IMG/VR virus record: IMGVR_UViG_3300024261_002043
Span: 32,001-96,000 of that record
DNA length: 64,000 nt
DNA from: a virus
Reading direction: 5' to 3' (one strand)
Below are positions 30,216 through 40,342 of this stretch, one piece after another (position 1 is the first letter of the stretch; each line of letters opens with the position of its first letter). The notes below the pieces were generated by a model. The model was not told the origin of the DNA. It did not search any database and saw only the letters and a program-made list of their open reading frames with translations. The translations under genes and the position numbers were made by a program.

Positions 30216-31076
30216 TCAAATCATCTCTTTAATTTCTGGAATGGTAAATTTTTCAACTTCACTAGAATACTTTCCGTTCTCAAGTATTTTTTCGTGTAGG
30301 TTTTCGCCGGGTTGAAGACCAATCACCTTTATTTTTAGTTCAGAGTTTTTAGGCAGATATTTCTCTGACATTGCTTTCAATAAGTCCCCTATACTCATAG
30401 ACTTCATTTCAGGAACATAGGGTTTTGAGCTATTTGATACCTCCATACATTCGAATATCAAGTCTACAGCTTGATCAACCGTCCAAAAGTATCTGGTCGC
30501 GGTAGGGTCAGTTACGATAACTTCCTTTCCTTCCTGTAATAATTTTTTCCACTTACACAATACAGAGCCTGTTGAATATAGAACATTTCCATACCTGACT
30601 ATTCTAAATTTAGTACTAGGGTAATTTTCTTCAAATTGGTCGAATAGTCTTTCCATCAAATATTTGCTGGCACCATAAACACCAACTACTTGAGCTGCTT
30701 TGTCGGTACTAATACCCATAACGAACTCAAGTTTTTCTACTGCTGCGGCTTCTAGAATATTTAAGGTGCCTAGCACATTAGATTTCACGCACTCCCTTGT
30801 TTGCGTTTCCGCTAGTCCAACATGCTTAAAAGCAGCTAGATGAAAAACTCCGGATACACCTTGAATTGCTTGATGTATGTCAAACTTATCGCATATATCA
30901 CCCGTGAATATTTCTATGCTAGGAAATCTTTGCTTTAGCTCTATTAGCTTTCCTTCGTTTCTAGAAAGCGTTACAACCTTACCACCTGCAGATATAATTT
31001 TTTCAATTAACTCCGAACCTAAAAAGCCGCTACCACCAGTTATCAAGTATCTTTTATTTTTTTCTATGTTTATCAT
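30216..31076 (-). CDS. NDP-sugar 4,6-dehydratase, PseB/CapD (polysaccharide biosynthesis) family
   Basis: TGGSGFLG, HLAAFKHV, ISTDKA, YGASK, VRYGNV, GLQPGENLHE. Confidence 0.88.
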   Translation of the reverse strand: MINIEKNKRYLITGGSGFLGSELIEKIISAGGKVVTLSRNEGKLIELKQRFPSIEIFTGDICDKFDIHQAIQGVSGVFHLAAFKHVGLAETQTRECVKSNVLGTLNILEAAAVEKLEFVMGISTDKAAQVVGVYGASKYLMERLFDQFEENYPSTKFRIVRYGNVLYSTGSVLCKWKKLLQEGKEVIVTDPTATRYFWTVDQAVDLIFECMEVSNSSKPYVPEMKSMSIGDLLKAMSEKYLPKNSELKIKVIGLQPGENLHEKILENGKYSSEVEKFTIPEIKEMI

Positions 31077-31091
31077 TGTTTAAATCCTATA

Positions 31092-31868
31092 CTACGCTCT
31101 TCCAGAGTCGCTACCATCTTGATGCGTAATCATTTTATCATCGTCTTTTGAGCCATAAACATACACTCCCCATTTTTCATGTGCATATTCAAACCCCTCA
31201 CTTTTTATGTCTTTAGTGTACTCGCTATATAAGTTTTGCTCTACTGCCCCGACTAATCTGGGTTGAGGATTGGATGCTATGTCAATCCAGTCCTCAATAA
31301 ATTTGGACACCCTTATTATGTGGGGATGAGTCGCAATAGAATCTGTTTTCATAAGAGCAAAGCTGATGTCTTTTTTTTCTTCTAAATAAGTTTCCCAAAC
31401 ATATCGCTCTTGATCACCAGGAGCCAGATTCGATATATGAGGCTTCCAATTAGGTCGCTTATTAAATCTAACAAAGTTAATATTATTATGATCTTTCATG
31501 AAATGTATTAAACCAGTTATGTCAACGTTTCTTAAGAATTTCCAATCGTGCTCACAACAAAATGCAAAAGGTGTTGTAGTTTCTTTAAGCGCTTTTATGT
31601 AGTTTTTTTGTAACCCGCTAATCTTAACACCTTCATGAGAGTTGTCTACAACAACTACATCTTTTAAATTTCTAAGATTTTCTACATACTCTAAGTGGTG
31701 ATGGTTCGTGGAATCGCTATCGCAATATATCATAAACTTGCAGCCTTCTATTCCTGAGAATCTACTCTTAATCGATTTTATTGTTGCCTCGATGAAGTAT
31801 GTAGATGGCGCAGAAGGTAACACATGCGTTGTCAAAATGACAGTTAACTCTTCATTTAGATTAATCAC
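31092..31868 (-). CDS. Glycosyltransferase (GT-A fold)
   Basis: TVILTTH...PFAFCCEHDW DxD-like motif, NFVRFNKR; GTG start at 31868 just after the fcl stop. Confidence 0.65.
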   Translation of the reverse strand: MINLNEELTVILTTHVLPSAPSTYFIEATIKSIKSRFSGIEGCKFMIYCDSDSTNHHHLEYVENLRNLKDVVVVDNSHEGVKISGLQKNYIKALKETTTPFAFCCEHDWKFLRNVDITGLIHFMKDHNNINFVRFNKRPNWKPHISNLAPGDQERYVWETYLEEKKDISFALMKTDSIATHPHIIRVSKFIEDWIDIASNPQPRLVGAVEQNLYSEYTKDIKSEGFEYAHEKWGVYVYGSKDDDKMITHQDGSDSGRA

Positions 31869-31869
31869 G

Positions 31870-32823
31870 CTAGTATCCTCTGATTTCTGGATAATTTTCC
31901 AAGAACCAGTCACAGGTCTTTTTTAGCCCTTCTCTTAATGGTGTGTATTGGTTTTGAGACCATCCAGAGTCTATTAAGTTTTTATTAGAGCTTGGCTTTC
32001 TATACTGACCTTCTGGCTTAGAGGTATCCCAAATAATCTTTTGATCAAATCCAATAAACTCAGATATCATTTCAGCAACATCCTTTATAGAAACTTCCTG
32101 AACATTTCCAACGTTTATCGGATCAGCGCCGTCGTAATTATCTAACAGAAATAACAATAGCTCAGCCATATCGCCAGAGTATGTAAACTCACGTAATGGA
32201 GTACCGGCGCCCCAAAGAGTTACATTTTCTTTATTAAGCTTGGCCTCGTACATCTTTCTTGTTATGGCAGGTATTACGTGCGAATTCTCTAAATCGTAAA
32301 AGTCATTTTCACCGTACAGGTTATTTGCAACAGCAGTTATAAAGTTACATCCATACTGCTCCCTATACGCTCTAGACTGCACATCTAGCATTCTCTTTGC
32401 GTATGCATATGCGTAGTTTGATTTATGTGGAGGACCGCTATGAATATCGGCTTCAGTTAAAGGATAGCTAACACTGTCTGGATAAATGCACGTGCTTAAT
32501 ACTGATACTACTTTTTTAACGTTGTGCTTTCTTGAATATTCAAGTACGTTAGTGTTTATTAACACGTTATCTCTAAAGAAATCGCCTAAATTTTCCATGT
32601 TAGCTTTTACGCCGCCAACTTTTGCAGCTAAGTGTATTATAGCATCAGGACTGTATTTCGACATCATGGCATCCACTTGCGATGGATCTCTTAGATCATA
32701 ATCTTTTGATGCCACAAACTTTGCATTAGGTATGGAGTTACCGTAGACGTATCCCCACTTTAGAGAATATCCGATCATTCCAGATCCACCAGTAACTAAA
32801 ATCTTATCTTCGTTAATAGACAT
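31870..32823 (-). CDS. fcl: GDP-L-fucose synthase
   Basis: TGGSGMIG, HLAAKVGG, STCIYP, YAYAKR, NLYGEND, SHVIPA, LWGAGTPLREF. Confidence 0.95.
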   Translation of the reverse strand: MSINEDKILVTGGSGMIGYSLKWGYVYGNSIPNAKFVASKDYDLRDPSQVDAMMSKYSPDAIIHLAAKVGGVKANMENLGDFFRDNVLINTNVLEYSRKHNVKKVVSVLSTCIYPDSVSYPLTEADIHSGPPHKSNYAYAYAKRMLDVQSRAYREQYGCNFITAVANNLYGENDFYDLENSHVIPAITRKMYEAKLNKENVTLWGAGTPLREFTYSGDMAELLLFLLDNYDGADPINVGNVQEVSIKDVAEMISEFIGFDQKIIWDTSKPEGQYRKPSSNKNLIDSGWSQNQYTPLREGLKKTCDWFLENYPEIRGY

Positions 32824-32826
32824 TTC

Positions 32827-33561
32827 CTACTCCGCTATGCAAATATACGTTATCTTATAGTCATCTTCGCATGCGGAAAGGTCTAAATTAAACCCTTTAC
32901 AAATCTTTAGCAATTTAAAGCCTGACAATTTAAGCACGTCTGATACTACTTTAGGCGTCCATAGATAGTGTTCTAAACTATACGAGTACTCTTGATCTAG
33001 TTTCTTAACAGTTGTATTTAGCACAACAGAAGACTCCATTAAGTCTACGGTCGGGTTACATTCCACGTATATTTTAACGCCACTATCTTCGTACTCTTTT
33101 TTTTCTACCTTAGGTGAATCTTTGATTGCGGCAACACCATTCCAGCTATCAAAAATAAAGTGGCCGCCTGTTGCCATATTTCTGTTTATTGAAGACATAA
33201 ATGAAATGAGCTTCCCTATATCGCTTATATGATTTACGACGTTAAATAAGCTTACAGCTATATCGTATTGACCGGCTGTCATGCTTTCAATATCTATATT
33301 TTCAAAATTGATGTTTGATAGTTCGTTACTTTTATAGGTGGCAGCTTTAATCATTTGATCAGATATGTCAATACCCTTTACAAAAGAGGCTCCTCTTGTG
33401 GACATTAGTATACTATGGGTCCCTGTTCCACAACCAATATCAATGATACTTTTTCCAGTAAAGCCGTGAGTTATTTTTTCTATAAAGTCTACCTCTAGGC
33501 CATAATCTTTACTGCTATAAAATTTATCATAGTTCTTTACTGCTTCATTATTATACTGCAT
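32827..33561 (-). CDS. Class I SAM-dependent methyltransferase (sugar N/O-methyltransferase-like)
   Basis: IIDIGCGTGTH, GIDISDQMI; overlaps the aminotransferase stop. Confidence 0.88.
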   Translation of the reverse strand: MQYNNEAVKNYDKFYSSKDYGLEVDFIEKITHGFTGKSIIDIGCGTGTHSILMSTRGASFVKGIDISDQMIKAATYKSNELSNINFENIDIESMTAGQYDIAVSLFNVVNHISDIGKLISFMSSINRNMATGGHFIFDSWNGVAAIKDSPKVEKKEYEDSGVKIYVECNPTVDLMESSVVLNTTVKKLDQEYSYSLEHYLWTPKVVSDVLKLSGFKLLKICKGFNLDLSACEDDYKITYICIAE

Positions 33562-34675
33562 CAAAATATTCCCTAATACAGTCACATACATACTCAACCT
33601 GACCTTCTGTTAAGCTAGGGAATACGGGTAAGCATAAACCTCTTTCAAACGCATCAATAGATTTAGAGAAAAAACGATCGTCTAAATCTTGACAAGATGT
33701 AACAGATTCATTCTCTAAAAAGCAAGGCTGCTTACTAAGCGGATAAAAGAATGTTCTGCCTTGAATTCCTTTTTCGTCTAGATATTTAGCTAGTTCGTTG
33801 CTGTTACCTTTTGTTGTTATACAAACCCTGAATGGCACTAAGCTTGACTTTTGATCATGTCCTAATATCTCTATTTGCTTTACGTCTTTAAGCTTATCGA
33901 GGTAAATGTTTCTTAAATAATTTTTTCTATCGTATATGTCCTGTTTCTTTGACATTTGCACAAGCCCAATTGCGCACTGTAGATCATTCATCCTAAAATT
34001 AAACCCGACCTCAGGGTGAATAAAAGTGCCTCTATTTAATCGTCCTTGATTTCTAAGATACATTAACTTCTCGTATGTTTTTTCATCATTTGTACATACG
34101 AAGCCGCCTTCTACAGTGGTAATTGTTTTATCCGCAAAAAATGAAAAGCAACCTACATCCCCAAAGCCGCCGCAGTGCTTGCCATCCCAATACACGCCCA
34201 TAGCCTGTGCAGCATCCTCTATCACCTTTAGATTGTTGGTATTAGCAAAACTCATAACGCTAGTCATATCACACGCAGAGCCATAAATGTGAACAGGCAT
34301 AATTGCTTTAGTCTTACTAGTTAATACTCTGTCACAATCCTTAGTGTCTATTTGTAGAGTTTCTCTATTAATATCTACGAATATAGGGACTGCATCTGCC
34401 ATAAGCACCGCGGTGGCAGAAGCTATAAATGTAAAGTTTGGAACAATTACCTCATCACCTTTACCTACACCAATAGCCTTTAAAGCAAGGTATAACGCCA
34501 AAGTACCGTTAGGAGCTAAGACCCCATATTTCACACCTATTGTATCACAAAGCTGCTCAACAAATAATTTCGCTTTAGGGCCCTCTGTATACCAGTCATT
34601 ATCAAAGCAGTCTTTCATGGAAGCATATTCTTCCATACCGATATTAGGGAATAGTTGTGGAACCTTCATGTGCAT
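33551..34675 (-). CDS. DegT/DnrJ/EryC1/StrS PLP aminotransferase (perosamine synthase-like)
   Basis: NGTLALYLAL, TFIASA, IEDAAQA, FSFFADKTITTVEGG. Confidence 0.93.
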   Translation of the reverse strand: MHMKVPQLFPNIGMEEYASMKDCFDNDWYTEGPKAKLFVEQLCDTIGVKYGVLAPNGTLALYLALKAIGVGKGDEVIVPNFTFIASATAVLMADAVPIFVDINRETLQIDTKDCDRVLTSKTKAIMPVHIYGSACDMTSVMSFANTNNLKVIEDAAQAMGVYWDGKHCGGFGDVGCFSFFADKTITTVEGGFVCTNDEKTYEKLMYLRNQGRLNRGTFIHPEVGFNFRMNDLQCAIGLVQMSKKQDIYDRKNYLRNIYLDKLKDVKQIEILGHDQKSSLVPFRVCITTKGNSNELAKYLDEKGIQGRTFFYPLSKQPCFLENESVTSCQDLDDRFFSKSIDAFERGLCLPVFPSLTEGQVEYVCDCIREYFDAV

Positions 34676-34682
34676 TTCCTCT

Positions 34683-35222
34683 TTATTTTTTGCATAAAAC
34701 GTTAACCATCAGTAGTCTTCCATTTTTAAAATCCATATGGGGAAGATAGCTTCTACTATAGTCGTCATAATCCTTATTATTAAAAGCAGAAAAATCTTGC
34801 CAGTTGTATCTTTCTACGCTAGAAAAACCTATTGACAACAGTTCTTTTCTTAAAAGCTTAAGATCAAAAATCATGCCGTGGAAGTCAGTATAGTCTTTTT
34901 GGCCACCGACAACTAGACCTAACAACGATTCTATGTTTTTGTTTTCTAAATACTCGTGACAGACTGCTTCAAAGTCTGCAGTTGACAGCCGTAATATGCC
35001 ACCTGGTTTAAGCAAATCGTACCAGTGCTCTATTACTTTTTTCCAATCATTTCTACCGAAGTGTTCTATGGCTGCGCAGCTATAAATTTCATCTACTTCT
35101 CCGCTATTAAAGGGTAGTGACTTAATGTCTGCTACTATATCTACATTGGAAAAATCTTGTATATCAACATTTAGATACCCGGGGATAGTTTTTTTTCCGC
35201 AACCTAAGTGTAGTTTTTTCAT
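34683..35222 (-). CDS. SAM-dependent methyltransferase (type 11-like)
   Basis: KLHLGCG, NVDI, IEHF, LLKPGGILRLS. Confidence 0.85.
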   Translation of the reverse strand: MKKLHLGCGKKTIPGYLNVDIQDFSNVDIVADIKSLPFNSGEVDEIYSCAAIEHFGRNDWKKVIEHWYDLLKPGGILRLSTADFEAVCHEYLENKNIESLLGLVVGGQKDYTDFHGMIFDLKLLRKELLSIGFSSVERYNWQDFSAFNNKDYDDYSRSYLPHMDFKNGRLLMVNVLCKK

Positions 35223-36148
35223 TATTGACTATCCATAACATCTATAACCATTTTTTCGGTTACAGCCCAAACGTTATACTCATCAAGAACCTTATTACGA
35301 GCTTCATTTATTTCGTCTATTACACTGCTTGTAATCGGCTCATTCATAACATCGATAAATTGCTCACATGCCAGATTCAGGTTTTCAATGCTAAGTAACC
35401 TATAGCCACCGTTAAAAAAGTCTTCTATATTAGGACATCCCCAATACATGGGTAACGTCCAGCACAGTACTGCTTCTGTAGTTCTGGTAACAAAATTTCT
35501 TAGCCCACCATTCTCTAAAGATATTGATTTTTCGTATGGGTATAAAGCCCCAAACTGACATGTGCCAGAGTTCAGACCTTGTATAGCTGGTCTAGAGACT
35601 GGTACACTACCTCTATAGCTAGCATCAAAATCCTTACTGTTAAGTGAGCTGCTATATACATCTATTTTTGAAGAGTATGCTTGAACAGCGTGAAACAAAA
35701 AGTTAAGCCTAAGCTTCTGACCATGCGTAAAGCTTTTACCAGACATTACACACGTGGCTCTATCCTTATTTTTACTGTCAGGATATTTTAGACTTTTTAA
35801 TTCGTCGTAGTTATACGCTAAACCCCACCTACAATGAGGAGGGTACTGGTTATCATTGTAAGCGAAAACTTTGTCTACTTGAAAGTGTTGGACAAATGGG
35901 TACACATGATCGGGCTCCCGTTGAACGAGTATAACCTTTTGTGTCTTATTAATTTTGGGACATAAATTTGCAGAAGATCCATCAAATGCCACTATACAAT
36001 CAGCTTCATCGACGGAAGAAACGCCTTGGATCATGCCCCATCTACCAGTGGAACCAGGGGTTTGGTTCTTTATATTATTAAAATACTCGCTTGGGCTTTG
36101 GCCCCAGTTATTGACAAAAGCAACTTTTATACTTGTTTTAGATATCAT
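35222..36148 (-). CDS. Glycosyltransferase family 10-like (alpha-1,3/4-fucosyltransferase)
   Basis: YEKSISLENG...TEAVLCWTLPMYWGCPNI matches the GT10 motif. Confidence 0.75.
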   Translation of the reverse strand: MISKTSIKVAFVNNWGQSPSEYFNNIKNQTPGSTGRWGMIQGVSSVDEADCIVAFDGSSANLCPKINKTQKVILVQREPDHVYPFVQHFQVDKVFAYNDNQYPPHCRWGLAYNYDELKSLKYPDSKNKDRATCVMSGKSFTHGQKLRLNFLFHAVQAYSSKIDVYSSSLNSKDFDASYRGSVPVSRPAIQGLNSGTCQFGALYPYEKSISLENGGLRNFVTRTTEAVLCWTLPMYWGCPNIEDFFNGGYRLLSIENLNLACEQFIDVMNEPITSSVIDEINEARNKVLDEYNVWAVTEKMVIDVMDSQ

Positions 36149-36171
36149 AAATTAACCTACGTTTATTCTTT

Positions 36172-36200
36172 ATTGTATCAACAATTTTTTAGTTTTTCAA
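36172..36200 (-). promoter_or_regulatory. Sigma-70-type promoter TTGAAA-17bp-TACAAT
   Basis: -35 at 36195-36200, -10 at 36172-36177, upstream of the GT10 gene. Confidence 0.55.
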
Positions 36201-36208
36201 ACCTTGCT

Positions 36209-37525
36209 TTATTGAATAGCGACTTTATTTATTAGCCTAACATCAGCGACGTCTTTTTCTTCATTCCTGAATTGCTTCATAGCCTTAACAACATCTAGAT
36301 TCGCGAACTTAATACCCTTATAGTAAAAGTGGTTTTGTGGATTAAAGATTATGTCTTTTTTAGAGTGCTGGTAGTATTTCATTTCTTCATTATGACATGA
36401 TACGTCGTGCATTCCGGTATCTATAACATCACCATGATACAAGAAGTCTAAATCTCTACAGTCTCTTAACCCATAAGCAGATAGCACGGCGCTACTATCG
36501 ACACAAAAATCTTCCGTGTCTTTACCGGTTGATATTAACCAACTCTTGAATTTGTCGAAGAAATAGTCAAAGTTACAATCAGCTCTTGGATTAGCTTTGT
36601 TAAGAAAATGAAGACCATTAGGATTTAGTAGATAGCCTGACATCGCTAAAGTTTCAGTATACGTATCGTTAATATGCACAGAGTGTTTTCCAATCTTGAA
36701 AATATCCCTAATTTTTTCCTTTAGCTTAACCGATGTGTCGAAGGATTTCTCTTCAAACCAGTAAAGCTTTACAGGCTCACCTTCTGGAAAGCAATGCCGA
36801 AATTTAGATTGCGCACCTGACCAACTGTTATCAAAATTACCTAACCAAGGATTTCCTCTGGACTCATCCTCATCGTATATGTAGCGTATAAAATTAAACG
36901 CGCCCATGGGTGTCAATGAAATTTGCTTACTATAGATTACATTAGACTCGCTATTTATTAACTCATCCAGCTCTTTATCAAATCCTTTAGCAGAAGGAAA
37001 TACAGATATTATACGCACGTTGTCTTTTAGTTTAGTGTACTGATGGGCAGCTAAATCTGCATACTCTATTGATAGGCCACCTTGTACATAGTCGTTTCTA
37101 TTTAACAGATATCTGTAGTCACAATGGCAGCCAACCAGAGGGTTCTGGTTAAAATCTAATACATCACAAAAGACTTTACTACCTGTTAATAAAGAGGCGG
37201 CGACCCTGTGAGCACCGTTTAAGGGTGAATTTGTTAGGTGATCTACTGGTACAGGACTCTGGTTTTTATCATAACCACTTTCTTTTATAGATCTTATGAT
37301 GTCCTTAAAAGATTCGACGTATTCCCTAATTCCTTCTTTGCGCGGGTTTTGCTCTATTAAGTTGTTCCATACCTTCAAGTGATGTTCGTACGGTGATATA
37401 GCCCAATCATCGTATATACCTTTCTCCATTAGCGAAGCTAACATGTATTTAAACATGATATCAAATCTGTTTGGTGAAATTAAATCAATAGCGTTTATCC
37501 ACTTTTGCCCTTTTTCGTATGACAT
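36209..37525 (-). CDS. Hypothetical protein: ParB/Srx-like N-terminus plus nucleotidyltransferase-like C-terminus
   Basis: SIKESGY..PV..LNGAHRVAA; SSAVLSAYGLRDCRDLDFL...KDVADV; start moved to ATG 37525 (AAGGA SD). Confidence 0.55.
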   Translation of the reverse strand: MSYEKGQKWINAIDLISPNRFDIMFKYMLASLMEKGIYDDWAISPYEHHLKVWNNLIEQNPRKEGIREYVESFKDIIRSIKESGYDKNQSPVPVDHLTNSPLNGAHRVAASLLTGSKVFCDVLDFNQNPLVGCHCDYRYLLNRNDYVQGGLSIEYADLAAHQYTKLKDNVRIISVFPSAKGFDKELDELINSESNVIYSKQISLTPMGAFNFIRYIYDEDESRGNPWLGNFDNSWSGAQSKFRHCFPEGEPVKLYWFEEKSFDTSVKLKEKIRDIFKIGKHSVHINDTYTETLAMSGYLLNPNGLHFLNKANPRADCNFDYFFDKFKSWLISTGKDTEDFCVDSSAVLSAYGLRDCRDLDFLYHGDVIDTGMHDVSCHNEEMKYYQHSKKDIIFNPQNHFYYKGIKFANLDVVKAMKQFRNEEKDVADVRLINKVAIQ

Positions 37526-37527
37526 TG

Positions 37528-38409
37528 TTAATCCTTTATTTTGCATGAATGAATTATTGACATGACGTTTTTAGACTTAAACAATTCTGTCATTGGATTA
37601 TTCACACCTACGACCCTCCATCGAGGATCCCATATTGTATTCCACGTTAAAGGACCAGACTTGCCGAACCAACGTCCGGGGGCGATAACTGATTTTTTGT
37701 TATTATTGTTTGCTAGATACGCGCCCCACCAGCTAAATGAGCTATTCGCTATTATGTGAAGATCACACTTAGACATAAGGCATAGATCATGATATTGGTC
37801 TTTAGAATCATGAAACAAAAATTCTGTTGGTAAGTTATTCTTACACCAGTCATAGTCATCGGAAAAAACCAAGAATTTCACGCCGGGGTTTTCATGCGCT
37901 ATCTGAGAAATAGCTGGATGATAATATTCTTCCCAAGTTAAATTGTGATGAAAGTCAGGCTTAAGTAGATAGTCTGATCGTCTAAAATGTATTGCACATA
38001 TTGGTGAATTATTATTCGACTTTATTTTTGTATACTGGCTTTCGCAGCGCGACTCCACCTGGTCACTAAACTTAAACTCTTCCAGAATCAGATCTTTAAC
38101 ACCCTCAAAATATAGAGGTGATTGATAGAACCCGTTTAGTATAGCATTGTCTCTAACACAAAAGAAGTTTTTGTCAAAAGTAAATTCTAGGGCTTCATTT
38201 GGCTCATATAACCACTTCGCGTCACTTAGTATTTTTTCCTTAGGAACCCTATTGAGACTTAAGTCTTGAAACGCTTTATAAAGTTGAACGTCTATATCTG
38301 GTATAACACCCGCTACATCATTAAATTTACTAATGGAATACAGCGCTGCGTATTGAAACATCTGGTTTCCTAATTGACCATTTTCGCCTAAAGAAAGATA
38401 AGAATACAC
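37528..38409 (-). CDS. Glycosyltransferase family 11 (alpha-1,2-fucosyltransferase)
   Basis: GQLGNQMFQYA, GFYQS, HFRRSDY, FSDD, IIANSSFSWWGAYL. Confidence 0.95.
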   Translation of the reverse strand: MYSYLSLGENGQLGNQMFQYAALYSISKFNDVAGVIPDIDVQLYKAFQDLSLNRVPKEKILSDAKWLYEPNEALEFTFDKNFFCVRDNAILNGFYQSPLYFEGVKDLILEEFKFSDQVESRCESQYTKIKSNNNSPICAIHFRRSDYLLKPDFHHNLTWEEYYHPAISQIAHENPGVKFLVFSDDYDWCKNNLPTEFLFHDSKDQYHDLCLMSKCDLHIIANSSFSWWGAYLANNNNKKSVIAPGRWFGKSGPLTWNTIWDPRWRVVGVNNPMTELFKSKNVMSIIHSCKIKD

Positions 38410-38415
38410 TTGATA

Positions 38416-39585
38416 CTAAACCCTATATAGCTTAAAAAATTGTGGGTTTTCCTTGAAGTATTCGATCACAGATTTATAAGACTTTAACATAGCTGGATTT
38501 ATATTTACTAACTCAGGGCTGACATTGACTACGGCATCAAGTCTAGAAGCAAAGTCTTCATGATTTGTAGACTCATCAAACGCTGCTTGCGCTTCTGCAA
38601 ATATATGTTTTGGAAATCTATTTGGATCGCTATCAGTCCACTTGTCGAATAACTCCCATCTTAATTTATCGTGTAAGTAAAAACCTCTCATCCCTAATCC
38701 GTCCATTACACTGTCTGCGAAAACCATATGCTCGTAAGACATATTATTATTATGGGCTTCATTATGATATAAGTGATAAACATTACAATTGGCTAACGAT
38801 GAGCTCCAGGATAATAATGCACCGGTGTCTGATAGACTACACGCATTCTTTAAAAAAGAAAGATCCTCAGGGCTATAATCCCAAAAAAGTGCATAATCAT
38901 AACCTTGCACCGCATAAAGCAAATTAGCGGATATTAAGATCACACCTCCTGGTGGATAGTTTCCTTGATACCACGAAGGCTGGATCTTATGTTCTTCTAG
39001 AGCTATATCTTTTATACCTTTTTTTTGCTCAAATATGTCTTTTGTATTTTCTTCGTTTACATACAGTATTTTGCGACCTGGAATCGGTTGAGATATCCAA
39101 CAATTAGATCCTGCCTGAAACTGCTCCGCTATAGACTGAATACACGTTTCTAGCCAAAAGTCATCAGTGACTAAATCTACGTCGTAGAATATAAAAGATT
39201 CTGACGGTAGTATTCTTGCAGCTTGATTCATCGCTATAGACTTACTAAATAGCTGGCATGCTGTGTGAATATAGCTTACACCCATTTCCTCACAAATCTT
39301 TTTATGCTCAGGTTTAGTGTTCATTTCCGAAACTACAATTTGCACGTTCTTTGTTTTTGACTTAAGGTTATTAACTTGCTTCACTAAGCAGCTTAAGCTT
39401 TGTATTAGATGGCTTTTACGACCATTGACTGGTATGACAATAGTTACTAGAGGTATTCTATTACTACTATAATCATAGGAGACTAAGTAGCTCGATATTG
39501 AGTTGTATATACCCCGCATTTTTCCTGTCTGCTGCTGAGACATATTAATAAAATGCTGATCTAATTTTTCAAATCTGCCATCCAT
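38416..39585 (-). CDS. Glycosyltransferase (GT2/GT7-like)
   Basis: VTIVIPV, FSKSIAMN, FYDVD, GG..GYD..FWDYSPED. Confidence 0.8.
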   Translation of the reverse strand: MDGRFEKLDQHFINMSQQQTGKMRGIYNSISSYLVSYDYSSNRIPLVTIVIPVNGRKSHLIQSLSCLVKQVNNLKSKTKNVQIVVSEMNTKPEHKKICEEMGVSYIHTACQLFSKSIAMNQAARILPSESFIFYDVDLVTDDFWLETCIQSIAEQFQAGSNCWISQPIPGRKILYVNEENTKDIFEQKKGIKDIALEEHKIQPSWYQGNYPPGGVILISANLLYAVQGYDYALFWDYSPEDLSFLKNACSLSDTGALLSWSSSLANCNVYHLYHNEAHNNNMSYEHMVFADSVMDGLGMRGFYLHDKLRWELFDKWTDSDPNRFPKHIFAEAQAAFDESTNHEDFASRLDAVVNVSPELVNINPAMLKSYKSVIEYFKENPQFFKLYRV

Positions 39586-39586
39586 C

Positions 39587-40342
39587 TTAAGAATCAAACC
39601 TCTTGTATACTTCTCTAGACTTTACTACTTCAACTGCTGATAATTGTTTATCTTCCCTGATCTTACAATCAGATATAGGATTATAGCGGTTATAGCAATA
39701 CAGCCTATTTGGTATGAAAGCATGACGCTCTTGACTCATTTCTAACATCGGCATCATAAATGCAACGTCCCATCCTGCCTCAAAATAATTGCCGGCGTTA
39801 TCTCGCAGATCTTCGTCATTGATGTTATACCATATCTTGCTCTTAAATGTTCTTAGATGAGAGGCGATAAATGGAGCATACCTAAATTTACTATTCATCA
39901 CAGTTTCAGAATCGTACTGTCGACAATTACTATCGGTACCGTCTGGGTGACCAATCCAGTTACCGTATGTAAGAAGTATATGAGGATGCCTAGTATATAC
40001 GTTATCAACAATTTGTAGCGCATATTCTGAATAAAGAAAATCATCTCCATCTATAACCATCATTATGGAGTCTGGCTCATCATTACAAGATAGATGGTTG
40101 AATCCATCTACAATATTTTTTAGCGCTTTTACATTATTTGTATTATGGACAACGCTAAATCTTTTGTCATTCTTTACAAAATCTAATGAATCAATAATTT
40201 CACCAGTCTTGTCTGTAGAGGCGTCGTTAACAATAACACACTCCCAATCCTTAAACACTTGACAGCTAATACTTCTTAAGCATCTCTCAATCCAAAATTC
40301 AGTGTTGAATGTTGGAACAACAATTTTCATTTTATTAGCCAC
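39587..40342 (-). CDS. Glycosyltransferase family 2
   Basis: IVVPTFN, VNDASTD, IDGDD, SHLRTF. Confidence 0.92.
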   Translation of the reverse strand: MANKMKIVVPTFNTEFWIERCLRSISCQVFKDWECVIVNDASTDKTGEIIDSLDFVKNDKRFSVVHNTNNVKALKNIVDGFNHLSCNDEPDSIMMVIDGDDFLYSEYALQIVDNVYTRHPHILLTYGNWIGHPDGTDSNCRQYDSETVMNSKFRYAPFIASHLRTFKSKIWYNINDEDLRDNAGNYFEAGWDVAFMMPMLEMSQERHAFIPNRLYCYNRYNPISDCKIREDKQLSAVEVVKSREVYKRFDS

